NCBI GenBank assembly: GCA_020845935.1
Contig: JADLEV010000046.1
Span: 379 to 64,378, forward strand
Source of the DNA: Gammaproteobacteria bacterium
GTDB taxonomy: Bacteria; Pseudomonadota; Gammaproteobacteria; Ga0077536
Length of the DNA stretch: 64,000 nt
Direction of reading: 5' to 3'
The number at the start of each line of letters is the position of its first letter. Positions within the stretch are counted from its first letter, which is position 1. Below, one piece after another: positions 37,890 through 47,110 of the stretch. The notes beneath the pieces were generated by a model that saw only the letters and a list, made by a program, of their open reading frames with translations, made no database searches and was not told the origin of the DNA. The position numbers and the translations under genes are program-made.

Positions 37890-39716
37890 TCACAACTCCT
37901 CGAACAGATAGCGCGCGAGGTCGGCGATGCCTTGCTCGTCCAGTAGATCGGGATAGAGCTTCGGCATCGGCGCCTTCGGATCCTTGATTGCGGTGATCGC
38001 GGCAGGCAAGTCCATCCGGTTCGGCAGGTCGCTCAGCGTGCGATTGGCGATGAAGTCACCATGGGCGCCATGGCAGGAGGCGCACACTTGCGTATACAAC
38101 CGGCGGCCATTGGCGAGGCCGCTGGTCGTGGGCGCGACGGTGGCATCGAGTTTTCGTGCCGGCACGGTCGGGTTCAGGGTCATGACGACGATGCTCGGCA
38201 GGCCGACGTCACCGAACGCATTGCGCGAGATGTTGCCGGCGGCGAGCGCGACATACTGCTTGCCCGCAATGTCGTAGGTCACGACGCCACCCGCCATCGC
38301 ACCGCCGACATCGACCTGATGCAGCACCCGGCCGTTCGCGCTGTCGAACACCAGGAAGTTGCCGGCGAGGTCGCCGGTAAACGTGACGCCGCCCGCAGTC
38401 GGCGTGACGCCGGCGATGACCGGCTTTTCGGCGTGATACTGCCAGCGGATTGCGCCGGTCTCGCTGTCGAGCGCAGTGACCCAGCCGGTGATGGGGCCGA
38501 CCGGTTCCACCAGGCCGCCGTAGTCGAGTTGGCCCGGCTCATAGAACGGCTTGTCCTGCAGCGTCACGAGAAAGCAGATATCGACCGCGCCGGTGATCAG
38601 ATTGCCGTTCAGGCGATCGAGTGCCGGCCCGTTCCACTCGACACCGCCGGCGAAGCCGGGGCAGATTCGCGTGCCCTCGCGCGAGGGTCGTGCCGGCATG
38701 TCGGCAATGGTCGTCACCGCGGTGCGGAACACGAGTTGTCGCGTGTCACGATCGACCACCGTGACATAACCGTCCTTGCCGGCGATCGCCACCAGGTCGC
38801 GCGCGCGCGCCGCGCGATAGAGCACCGGCGCCGCGGCGATATCCATGTCTTTCCAGTCGCCGGGCGAAACCTGGTACCACCACTTGAGCTTGCCGGTGAA
38901 GGCATCGAGCACGACGACCGAATTGGTGAACAGATTCTCTCCCGGCCGATAGCCGACATCGATGTCCGGCCACGGGTTGCCGACCGGCACGAACAGTTCG
39001 CCCGTGGTGAGGTCCACGCTCATCGAGCCCCAGATGCCGCCACCGCCGGTCTTCGCCGTCTCTGGCCTGCTCCAGGTCTCGGCACCGATTTCATCGCCGA
39101 GCGGGATGGTGTGGAACCGCCACAGCTCGTGGCCGGTGACCGCGTCGTACGCCATCACCCGGCCGCGCACGCCGAGCTCGCTGCCGGCAGTCCCCATGAA
39201 GACCAGGTTCTGCCAAGCCAGAGGTGCGGCGGAGGTCGATTCGCCGAGCACCGGCGAGGCGATGACGTTCTGCCACAGCAAGGTGCCGCTGCGCGCGTCG
39301 AGTGCGATCCGCCGGCCGTCACAGGTGCCGCGGAACAGGCGTCCGTTCAACAATGCCGCGCCGCGATTGGTGCCGCCGCACCGCGCCTCTTCCGGCGGCC
39401 AGTCGTGGGTCCATTTCACGTCGCAGGTCACGGCATCGACCGCCACGGTGCGCCGGCCGGTGGTCGCATAGATCACGCCGTCGTCAACGATGAGCCCGGC
39501 ATGAAACGCGGTCGGACCATCGATCTGCACGCGGCACACCTCACCCAGTTGCCGAGCGTTCTGCGTCGTAATTTCTCGCAACGACGAATAGCGCTGGCCA
39601 TCGAGGCCATTGTTGAAATTCAACCAGTCCAGGCCGGACACGGTTGCCTGTGCCTGAGCACCGGACCAGATCGCCGAACCGAGGATCGCGAGACTAAGCG
39701 TCAGGAGATTTTTCAT
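37890..39716 (-). CDS. PQQ-dependent dehydrogenase-like beta-propeller fused to a C-terminal cytochrome c domain (quinohaemoprotein type)
   Basis: Signal peptide. Repeated W-containing propeller blades. C-terminal CASCHGAHGD (CxxCH) mono-haem domain. Confidence 0.65.
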   Translation of the reverse strand: MKNLLTLSLAILGSAIWSGAQAQATVSGLDWLNFNNGLDGQRYSSLREITTQNARQLGEVCRVQIDGPTAFHAGLIVDDGVIYATTGRRTVAVDAVTCDVKWTHDWPPEEARCGGTNRGAALLNGRLFRGTCDGRRIALDARSGTLLWQNVIASPVLGESTSAAPLAWQNLVFMGTAGSELGVRGRVMAYDAVTGHELWRFHTIPLGDEIGAETWSRPETAKTGGGGIWGSMSVDLTTGELFVPVGNPWPDIDVGYRPGENLFTNSVVVLDAFTGKLKWWYQVSPGDWKDMDIAAAPVLYRAARARDLVAIAGKDGYVTVVDRDTRQLVFRTAVTTIADMPARPSREGTRICPGFAGGVEWNGPALDRLNGNLITGAVDICFLVTLQDKPFYEPGQLDYGGLVEPVGPITGWVTALDSETGAIRWQYHAEKPVIAGVTPTAGGVTFTGDLAGNFLVFDSANGRVLHQVDVGGAMAGGVVTYDIAGKQYVALAAGNISRNAFGDVGLPSIVVMTLNPTVPARKLDATVAPTTSGLANGRRLYTQVCASCHGAHGDFIANRTLSDLPNRMDLPAAITAIKDPKAPMPKLYPDLLDEQGIADLARYLFEEL

Positions 39717-39975
39717 CGATGAGTTCCAGTGATGGGTTGTGCAAACACGCGACCGCGCACCCGCAAACGCAAGTCATTCCACTCGCCGCCCGGCGCGTCG
39801 CCAACCAGTGCGCCATCGACGGCGTGCCAACCGGCTGGCGGCGTCTCCGATTCGAATCCGTGCCAGCCGGCCGCCACCAGCATAGCGTGTTGATCCCTGG
39901 TTCATCTCGTGTCGAGGTCAGTGATTCGTCCCCGCCAGTCTGGCGGCGTGGAATTCGATCGGGTACCGTGTCGCC

Positions 39976-40926
39976 ATGATGCTCCCTGCCCTGCTCCTTT
40001 GCGCAATGGGTCTCGTGCTACTCACGTTCGGCGCCGAATTGCTGGTGCGCGGCGGTGTCAACCTGGGTCTCAGGCTCGGGCTGTCGCCGCTCGTGGCGGG
40101 ACTCACCATCGTCGCCTTCGGCACCAGCATGCCGGAACTCGCGGTCAGTCTGAACGCGGCATTGCAGGGCAGCACCGATGTCTCCGTCGGCAACGTGGTC
40201 GGGTCGAACATCGCGAACATCGGTTTGATCCTCGGCCTCGCCGCGGTGATCCGGCCGATGCACATCAACGTCCGGCTGATCCGGGTCGATGTGCCGCTGA
40301 TGATCGCGGTATCGGTACTGTTCTGTCTGCTGATGTTCGATGGCGAACTGTCGCGGGTCGATGGCCTGCTGCTGTTTGCGGGCATCATTGCCTTCACCAC
40401 GTTCAGTGTCCTGTCGGCGCGGCGCGCCCGAGCATCGGAACAGAGCCTGCCCGAACACGAATTGCCGCAACCGACGGGCGGCGTACTCTGGAATGCCGGT
40501 CTCGTCGCCGCGGGTCTCGCAGCCTTGATCTTCGGTGCGCGTCAGCTGGTCGATGGTGCGGTGGACCTCGCCCGGCTCGCCGGGGTCAGTGAAGCGACGA
40601 TTGGTCTGACCATCGTCGCCGTCGGGACCAGCCTGCCGGAACTCGCCACCTCGGTGGTGGCCGCGCTGAAGAGGATGGGCGACATCGCCATCGGCAACAT
40701 CGTCGGCTCGAACATCTGCAACATCCTCTGCATCCTCGGTGTGAGCGCCAGCATCGTGCCGCTGCCACGCGGCGCGATCAGCTGGTTCGATCTCGGCGTC
40801 ATGGTGCTGTTCGCGCTGACGGTGCTGCCGTTCGTGCGCAGCCGCTTCACGCTGCAACGCTGGGAAGGCGGCCTGCTGCTGCTCGGTTACGGCGCCTATG
40901 TCGCACGGCTTGCAGGGAACGCGTAA
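39976..40926 (+). CDS. Ca2+/Na+ antiporter (CaCA family, YrbG-like)
   Basis: Two alpha-repeat regions (GTSMPELAVS and GTSLPELATS) characteristic of sodium/calcium exchangers. Confidence 0.8.
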   Translation: MMLPALLLCAMGLVLLTFGAELLVRGGVNLGLRLGLSPLVAGLTIVAFGTSMPELAVSLNAALQGSTDVSVGNVVGSNIANIGLILGLAAVIRPMHINVRLIRVDVPLMIAVSVLFCLLMFDGELSRVDGLLLFAGIIAFTTFSVLSARRARASEQSLPEHELPQPTGGVLWNAGLVAAGLAALIFGARQLVDGAVDLARLAGVSEATIGLTIVAVGTSLPELATSVVAALKRMGDIAIGNIVGSNICNILCILGVSASIVPLPRGAISWFDLGVMVLFALTVLPFVRSRFTLQRWEGGLLLLGYGAYVARLAGNA

Positions 40927-40929
40927 CCG

Positions 40930-42774
40930 TCAATCCCCGGAAACCCCGCGACCGCGACGCCGCGGCTCCTCGCCGCGCTCGTCACCGGAATTTTTGGCCG
41001 GCGCTTCGGCTTGCGGTACGGCTTTGGGCTGCGGCACCGGAGGCCGGTAGGCCGGCGGTGCTCCAGCCGGCGCGGCCCCACGCGTCCGCGCCGCCCCCTG
41101 ATCCGCATCGCGCCGGGTCGCGTCGCGCCAGGCGCGGTTCACCGTCCCCGGGGTGCGCTCGCCGGCCGCGGGTGCCGGAACCACGGCAGGCGCTGCTGGG
41201 ACGGGCGTGTCGCGGCGCAACTCGCGCCCACGACTGCGATCGGCATCCGGTGATGCACCGGCACCGGCCCGCTGGCGAGCGGCCGGTTCGGCCGGCGGTT
41301 GCGCACTTGGTGCCGGCTCGCGTGCCTCGAAGGTGCGGACGCTGGCCGCATTCGAGCCGGGCGCGCGACGGCGATCCGCCTCACGCTGGTCCGGCTCACG
41401 CGCGCGTTGTTCGGTGTCGCGCAGCCTGCGGGTTTCGATGCGCGTCGTCGGCAACGTCGGCTCCCGCGACTGCTCGATGGCGTTCGGCGGTGGTCGCCGT
41501 GCTCCCGCGTCATCGCGTTCATCGGAGGTGCGCCAGGCGCGGTTGAAACCGTCGCCGCCGTCACGGCCTGGGTCGGCGTTGCGACCGGCATCGGTTCCGC
41601 GGCGATCCCCGTTGCGCCGATCGTTATCGCGATCCCGATCGTCGTCGCGTCTCCAGTCCCGGCCACTGTCCCGGTCCCGATCACGATTGCCGTCGTTACG
41701 GTCGCGGTTCCAATCCCGATCGCTGTCCCGGTCCCGATCACGATTGCCGTCGTTGCGGTCCCGGTTCCAATCCCGATCGCTGTCCCGGTCCCGATCACGA
41801 CTGCCGTCGTTGCGGTCGCGGTTCCAATCCCGGTCGCGATCCCAGTCGCGATCATCCCCACGGCCGCGATCGCGGCGATCGAAGACACGGACCGTCACCG
41901 TGCGCCGCTGCACCGGATAACGGTGGGGTCGATCGAACGTCGTGTAGCGCCAGGAGGAACCGAAATACGGGTGGCCGATGTTGTCGTTGAAGATCAACCC
42001 GAGGCTGAACGTGGACCAGCCGATCGAGAAGTAGCTGCTCAACCCCCAGAAGAAATCCGTGCCGAAGGCGTAACCATCGGGATACGGGTAGTAATAGACC
42101 GGGAAGGACCGAGGGTAATAGGCCATCACCGGGCGGTTGTGCCGGACGAAAATCATGGCCGGCTCATAGCGCGGCACGTAAATTACGGCGGGGTTGACTG
42201 GCCGGATCACGATCCCGGCGCGCGTCCGTTCGACCCGCTGATAAGAGTCGCTGGCAAGATTTCCGGCGGCATAGGCGCGTGACCGCACGCGTTGGGCCGC
42301 CGCCATCACCGCGGCCTGACGTACCACCACCGCTTCCCCGAGTCGCCGTGTCCAATCGATGTCGGCGGCCAGCAAGTGCAGCACTTCGGGATAGTTGAGC
42401 AATGCCAGGATCGCATCGTCCCAGTCCGGATTGGGCGCCAGGGCAGGATCGATTTCGAGCTCTTCCAGATAGCGCGCCGCCTCCGCAAGCTGCCCCGGCG
42501 AGCGCGCCGCGGACAGTACCACCGCGAGCAGGTCATCGGGATAGAGCGCGATCGGCGCGACCAGATCATCGAGATACGAATCGGTTGCGACATAAGGAAC
42601 CGTTGCGTTGTCACCGTCGGGCCCCCTCAGCACGGTGCCGACCGCGAACGGATCCTGGGCAACAACCGCGGTCACTGAACCCAGCTGCGAGCCGAGGATT
42701 GCCGACAGCGCGAGGACAACCGTCCGCCAGCGCGATTTCCGCGGCAACCGTGGCAAGTGATTACGCTCGGTCAT
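40930..42774 (-). CDS. DUF3300-domain secreted protein with D/R-rich tandem repeats and a long disordered Pro/Ala/Arg-rich tail
   Basis: Signal peptide. IALYPDDLLA...LNYPEVL blocks typical of DUF3300. Then RDRDWNRDRNDGxRDRDRDS x3, followed by a low-complexity C-terminus. Confidence 0.65.
   Translation of the reverse strand: MTERNHLPRLPRKSRWRTVVLALSAILGSQLGSVTAVVAQDPFAVGTVLRGPDGDNATVPYVATDSYLDDLVAPIALYPDDLLAVVLSAARSPGQLAEAARYLEELEIDPALAPNPDWDDAILALLNYPEVLHLLAADIDWTRRLGEAVVVRQAAVMAAAQRVRSRAYAAGNLASDSYQRVERTRAGIVIRPVNPAVIYVPRYEPAMIFVRHNRPVMAYYPRSFPVYYYPYPDGYAFGTDFFWGLSSYFSIGWSTFSLGLIFNDNIGHPYFGSSWRYTTFDRPHRYPVQRRTVTVRVFDRRDRGRGDDRDWDRDRDWNRDRNDGSRDRDRDSDRDWNRDRNDGNRDRDRDSDRDWNRDRNDGNRDRDRDSGRDWRRDDDRDRDNDRRNGDRRGTDAGRNADPGRDGGDGFNRAWRTSDERDDAGARRPPPNAIEQSREPTLPTTRIETRRLRDTEQRAREPDQREADRRRAPGSNAASVRTFEAREPAPSAQPPAEPAARQRAGAGASPDADRSRGRELRRDTPVPAAPAVVPAPAAGERTPGTVNRAWRDATRRDADQGAARTRGAAPAGAPPAYRPPVPQPKAVPQAEAPAKNSGDERGEEPRRRGRGVSGD
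41668..41838. repeat. 3 x 57-bp perfect or near-perfect tandem repeat inside the DUF3300 gene
   Basis: Units start at 41668, 41725 and 41782 (gtcccggtcccgatcacgattgccgtcgtt[a/g]cggtc[g/c]cggttccaatcccgatcgct), with 2-4 substitutions between copies. Confidence 0.85.
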
Positions 42775-42964
42775 GCTATCTGCCTCCAGGGCGAGGCGCC
42801 TGTTGGCGCCGATTGTTTGGACCTTGAACGTGCATGGAATATCCCGTGGTCGTCAGACATTGCGAAAAATCCCGTGCGCGTCATCAGCGGACAACGCGGC
42901 ACCGCTGCCACGGAGGACAAAATCCGCGACAATACCGGCTGTTTCCCGCATTCCCTCGCCCATC

Positions 42965-44866
42965 ATGCCGCTGGTCACCCTCGACGATATTTCGCTGGAC
43001 TTCGGTGCCGTACCGATCTTGCGCCATGCGCAACTCGTGCTCGAACCGCAGGAGCGCGTCTGCCTCATCGGCCGCAATGGCGCCGGCAAGTCGACGCTGC
43101 TGAAGATCATCGCCGGCGAGCAAGCAGTCGATGCCGGTGACATCATCTATCGGCAGGACCTGAGGATCAGCGTGTTGGCACAGGCATTGCCGACCGAACT
43201 GGACTTGACCGTGCGCGATTATGTGACCGGCGGCCTCGCGCATCTGCGGCAACTGATCACCGACTACCATCACTGCGCCGCGGCGGCAGAGGGCCCGGGC
43301 GCGCTCGCGGAACTGGCGGCATTGCAGCGCCGGATCGATGCCGAAGGTGGCTGGCACCTCGCGCAGCGGGTCGAGACGGTGCTGTCGGAACTCGACCTGC
43401 CGGAGGACCGTCGGCTCGGTGAATTGTCCGGCGGCTGGCAGCGGCGCGTCGGTCTGGCGCGGGCGCTGGTGTCCAACCCCGAACTGCTGCTGCTCGATGA
43501 ACCGACCAATCATCTCGACCTCGCGACCATCGAATGGCTCGAAGCGCGGATCCGATCGTTTCCCGGCAGCGTGCTGTTCATCACCCACGATCGCGCGCTG
43601 TTGCAAGCGCTGGCAACGCGCATCGTCGAACTGGATCGCACCCGGCTGACGAGTTGGCCCGGCGATTATCGGAACTTCCTGCGCCGCAAGGCGGAATCGC
43701 TGCATGCCGAGGATCTCGATCGCGCCTTGTTCGAGAAGCGCCTCGCCGCCGAGGAGGAATGGATCCGGCAGGGCGTCAAGGCGCGGCGCACGCGCAACGA
43801 AGGCCGCGTGCGCGCACTCGAAGCGATGCGCGAGGAGCACGAGGAACGCAGCAGGCTCAAGCGGCCGCACGGCGCCAGGATCCACATCGAGGCGAGCGCC
43901 ACCGAATCGGGCCGCAAGGTAATCGATCTGCACCAGGTGTCGTACGGTTACGGCGCGACCCCGCTGATCGCCAATCTGACGCTGAAGATCCGGCGCGGCG
44001 AGCGCATCGGCCTCATAGGCAACAACGGCGTCGGCAAGAGCACCTTGCTGAATCTGATGCTCGGCTTGCTCGAACCACAGAGCGGCACGGTCAAGCTCGG
44101 CACCAATCTCGAGGTCGGTTACTTCGATCAGATGCGCCGCGATCTGGATCCGGAAAAGACCATCGCCGAGGTCGTTGGCGACGGTCGGGACTACATTCAA
44201 CTGAATGGTCGCGACCGCCATGTGATCGGCTACCTGCGCGGCTTCCTGTTCAGCGCCGAGCGTGCCAAGACGCCGATCAAGGCGTTGTCCGGTGGCGAGC
44301 GCAACCGGGTCATTCTGGCCCGGCTGTTCACCCGCGCGTCGAACCTGCTGGTGCTCGATGAGCCGACCAACGATCTGGATGTCGAAACCATGGAAGTGCT
44401 GGAGCAGAAGCTGATCGAGTATCCCGGCACCTTGCTCGTGGTCAGCCACGATCGCGCCTTTCTCGATCGCGTGATCACAAGCTCGCTGGTGTTCGAGGCG
44501 GGTGGAAAGATCGAGCGCTATCCCGGCGGCTATCACGACTGGCTGGCGCGCGGCCGCAAGCTCGCCGAAACCGACAACCCGAACAAGGTCGCACGCGCGC
44601 CGGAGCCAAAGGCGCCCGCGGGGACCGCGGCGCCCAAGAAACTCAGCTACAAGCTGCAGCGCGAACTCGACACACTGCCGACCCGCATCGGCGAACTCGA
44701 AAGCGCGATCGCGGCAGCGCAGCAGGAAAGCAGCGCCGCCGGCTTCTATCAGCGGCCATACGCCGAAGTCCAGGAGGTACTCGCCGCCCTGCACGCCGCG
44801 CAGCGCGAACTCGATGCCGCACTCGAACGCTGGGTCGAACTGGAGGCGTCGACCGCGGCGCGGTGA
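42965..44866 (+). CDS. ABC-F family ATPase (Uup/YheS-like, two ABC domains with coiled-coil C-terminus)
   Basis: MPLVTLDDISLDFGA...GRNGAGKSTLL, then a second Walker A GNNGVGKST. ATG at 42965 within the longer ORF. Confidence 0.8.
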   Translation: MPLVTLDDISLDFGAVPILRHAQLVLEPQERVCLIGRNGAGKSTLLKIIAGEQAVDAGDIIYRQDLRISVLAQALPTELDLTVRDYVTGGLAHLRQLITDYHHCAAAAEGPGALAELAALQRRIDAEGGWHLAQRVETVLSELDLPEDRRLGELSGGWQRRVGLARALVSNPELLLLDEPTNHLDLATIEWLEARIRSFPGSVLFITHDRALLQALATRIVELDRTRLTSWPGDYRNFLRRKAESLHAEDLDRALFEKRLAAEEEWIRQGVKARRTRNEGRVRALEAMREEHEERSRLKRPHGARIHIEASATESGRKVIDLHQVSYGYGATPLIANLTLKIRRGERIGLIGNNGVGKSTLLNLMLGLLEPQSGTVKLGTNLEVGYFDQMRRDLDPEKTIAEVVGDGRDYIQLNGRDRHVIGYLRGFLFSAERAKTPIKALSGGERNRVILARLFTRASNLLVLDEPTNDLDVETMEVLEQKLIEYPGTLLVVSHDRAFLDRVITSSLVFEAGGKIERYPGGYHDWLARGRKLAETDNPNKVARAPEPKAPAGTAAPKKLSYKLQRELDTLPTRIGELESAIAAAQQESSAAGFYQRPYAEVQEVLAALHAAQRELDAALERWVELEASTAAR

Positions 44867-44979
44867 CTGCGCACGAGCCGGGTCAACTGTCCCCGAAACT
44901 GTTGCCGGAGTATGCTCCGCACGACAGGGCAGACTGCCGTTCCGACCTTCCCGAGAACCCGCTCCTTCCGGAGGCAACG

Positions 44980-46785
44980 ATGATTGAAAGGCACATCGGC
45001 GGCAGCTTCGTCGCCCGCGGTCTGTACCTCTTGCTGAGCTTGCAGTTCGGTTTCGCGCACGGTGCGCATGCCGACTTCACGGTCACCGGCAGCGTTGTCG
45101 ATGGCAACGGCAACCCGATAGCGCAGGCACAGGTGGTTTACCAGCCGCCGCCCGGCAGCGCCGGTGCCAGCGCCATCACCGTATTTGCCGATGCACAGGG
45201 CGAGTTCGCGTTTCCTCAGGCGTTCTCGGGAACACCCGGCGCATCGCTGCCGCTGGTCTCGCGTGCGCTCGGGTATGAGTACCGGACACAAGCGAGGAGC
45301 GGCAGCAATCAATCGCGCCCGCAGGTCACGTTGCTGATGGATCGGGTCGTCAATCAAGCCGCGGTCGCGCCGGCATCGGCATGGCTGCGGCAACGGATCC
45401 CGGAGCGGCAGCAGCAGTCGCAGTTCGTGATGGATTGCATCGACTGCCATCAGGTGCCGGCGCCGGAAGTGCGCGATTACGCCGCGGCGATCGCCGACAT
45501 GCACGCACCCGATCCGGCGGTGGCCCGGACGCAGAGCTGGCAGATGATCGTGCAGTACATGAATCGGCTGTCGGCCTGGGAGTTCTCACGCGGCAGTCGC
45601 AAGGCGGACACGCCACCGCAACCCGATGCGGTGTATTCGGTCAACAATGAGGACGCCGTCGCCGCGCGCCTGGCCGACCGCTTCGGTGATCGCCTCGAGG
45701 CAATCGAAGGCTATGCCTGGGGCGCCCCGCTGGCGGTGACGCCGCAGACCGCCATCTACGAATATGCGGTGCCGGAACCGAACGCGGTGCGGGAAGCGGT
45801 GCTGCTCGGCGGGCGTGCGCTCTGGGTCGCGGACGTGGCGACCAATCGCATGTACGAAATCGATATCGCCAGCGGCCGCCAGAAGATCCACGAGGCGCCG
45901 GTGGACGTGCCGATCGGCCCACATTCGCTGCACCGTGCCGCCGATGGCGGGCTGTGGGTCACGCCGCTGTTCAATAACGTGCTCAGCCGCATCAATCCAG
46001 CCAGCGGCGAATGGCGCACCTGGATGGTACGCGACGAGCGCGGCCGAGGCGCCGGCATCCATGATTTGAGCTTCGGTCACGACCATGAACTATTGACCGA
46101 CGCCAGCGGCCGCATCTGGTTCTCCGACATCGGCAACAACGGCGTCGGTTACCTCGATCCGAAAACCGGGCGCACCGAGCTGTTCGCCGCGCCGCCGGTG
46201 CCCGGCCGGGAGAACGAACCGGCGATGCTGTATGGCCTCATCATGAACAAGGCGCGCAACCAGATCTGGTACAGCCAGCTCGGCATCGGTGCCATCGGTG
46301 GCTTCGACATCGACCGCCAGCAGTTCTTCGAACCGATTGCGCTGCCGGATCCGAACTCCGGACCGCGCCGCATCACCATCGACGATGCCGACGTGATGTA
46401 CGTCGCGTTGTACGGCGGCGGCCAACTGCTCGAATTCGATTTGAACACGCGGCGCATCATCGGTGCCCATGACCTGCCGGATACCGCGAGCGCGCCCTAT
46501 ACCGCGACCTGGGATCCGGTGCGCAAGGTGGTGTGGATCGGTACCGCGAACGGTGACGTGATCTATCGCTTCGATCCGAAGACGAAAGGCTTTCAGGTGC
46601 TGCCGTTGCCACGGACCCGGGCGTTCCTGCGGATGATCGACATCGATCGCGCGACCGGTGTCCTCGTGACCTCCTATGCCAACATCGTCGAACTGGTGCA
46701 GGGTCCGCGCATGGCTGTCATCATCGATCCGGGCGACAATGTCTACCCGCAACGCTTCGCACCGAACGGGGAGACACGGCAATGA
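44980..46785 (+). CDS. Secreted protein: N-terminal carboxypeptidase-regulatory-like domain, a CxxCH haem c motif, and a Vgb/SMP-30-like six-bladed beta-propeller
   Basis: GGAGG RBS. Signal peptide MIERHIGGSFVARGLYLLLSLQFGFAHGAHA. TVTGSVVDGNGNPIAQAQVV Ig-like fold. CIDCH motif. Repeated propeller blades (LWVTP, IWFSD, IWYSQ, VWIGT). Confidence 0.55.
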   Translation: MIERHIGGSFVARGLYLLLSLQFGFAHGAHADFTVTGSVVDGNGNPIAQAQVVYQPPPGSAGASAITVFADAQGEFAFPQAFSGTPGASLPLVSRALGYEYRTQARSGSNQSRPQVTLLMDRVVNQAAVAPASAWLRQRIPERQQQSQFVMDCIDCHQVPAPEVRDYAAAIADMHAPDPAVARTQSWQMIVQYMNRLSAWEFSRGSRKADTPPQPDAVYSVNNEDAVAARLADRFGDRLEAIEGYAWGAPLAVTPQTAIYEYAVPEPNAVREAVLLGGRALWVADVATNRMYEIDIASGRQKIHEAPVDVPIGPHSLHRAADGGLWVTPLFNNVLSRINPASGEWRTWMVRDERGRGAGIHDLSFGHDHELLTDASGRIWFSDIGNNGVGYLDPKTGRTELFAAPPVPGRENEPAMLYGLIMNKARNQIWYSQLGIGAIGGFDIDRQQFFEPIALPDPNSGPRRITIDDADVMYVALYGGGQLLEFDLNTRRIIGAHDLPDTASAPYTATWDPVRKVVWIGTANGDVIYRFDPKTKGFQVLPLPRTRAFLRMIDIDRATGVLVTSYANIVELVQGPRMAVIIDPGDNVYPQRFAPNGETRQ

Positions 46786-47099
46786 AACCGACCTTTCTGG
46801 AACGCACGCTGCTTGGCGCGACCCTGATGGCCGTCGCGGCCACGGCCGCCGCCGATGCCGCGCTCGCCGAGCGCAAGTTCTGTTTCTCCTGCCATCATGC
46901 GACCGAAACCGGGCTCGGGCCGTCGTTTCAGGCGATCGCGGCGCGCCACGGCGCGCGCCGCGCACAGATGGCGCCGGTGCTGGCGTACAAGATCCAGCAC
47001 GGTGGCGGCGGCAACTGGGGCGTCGTGCCGATGGTACCGAGCCAGAACGTGTCCGAGGCCGATGCCACGGCACTCGCGCGCTGGATTCTTGGTCTTTAG
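46782..47099 (+). CDS. Class I mono-haem cytochrome c (c551/c552-like)
   Basis: Signal peptide. CFSCH haem site. Distal Met region GVVPMVP. Start overlaps the upstream stop (ATGA). Confidence 0.8.
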   Translation: MKPTFLERTLLGATLMAVAATAAADAALAERKFCFSCHHATETGLGPSFQAIAARHGARRAQMAPVLAYKIQHGGGGNWGVVPMVPSQNVSEADATALARWILGL

Positions 47100-47110
47100 G
47101 GCAGCGAGCC

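Noticed and set aside
41668-41838. Tandem repeat considered as a possible CRISPR or minisatellite.
   Set aside because: No spacers. Units are contiguous and in-frame within a coding sequence. It is a coding tandem repeat, not a CRISPR array.
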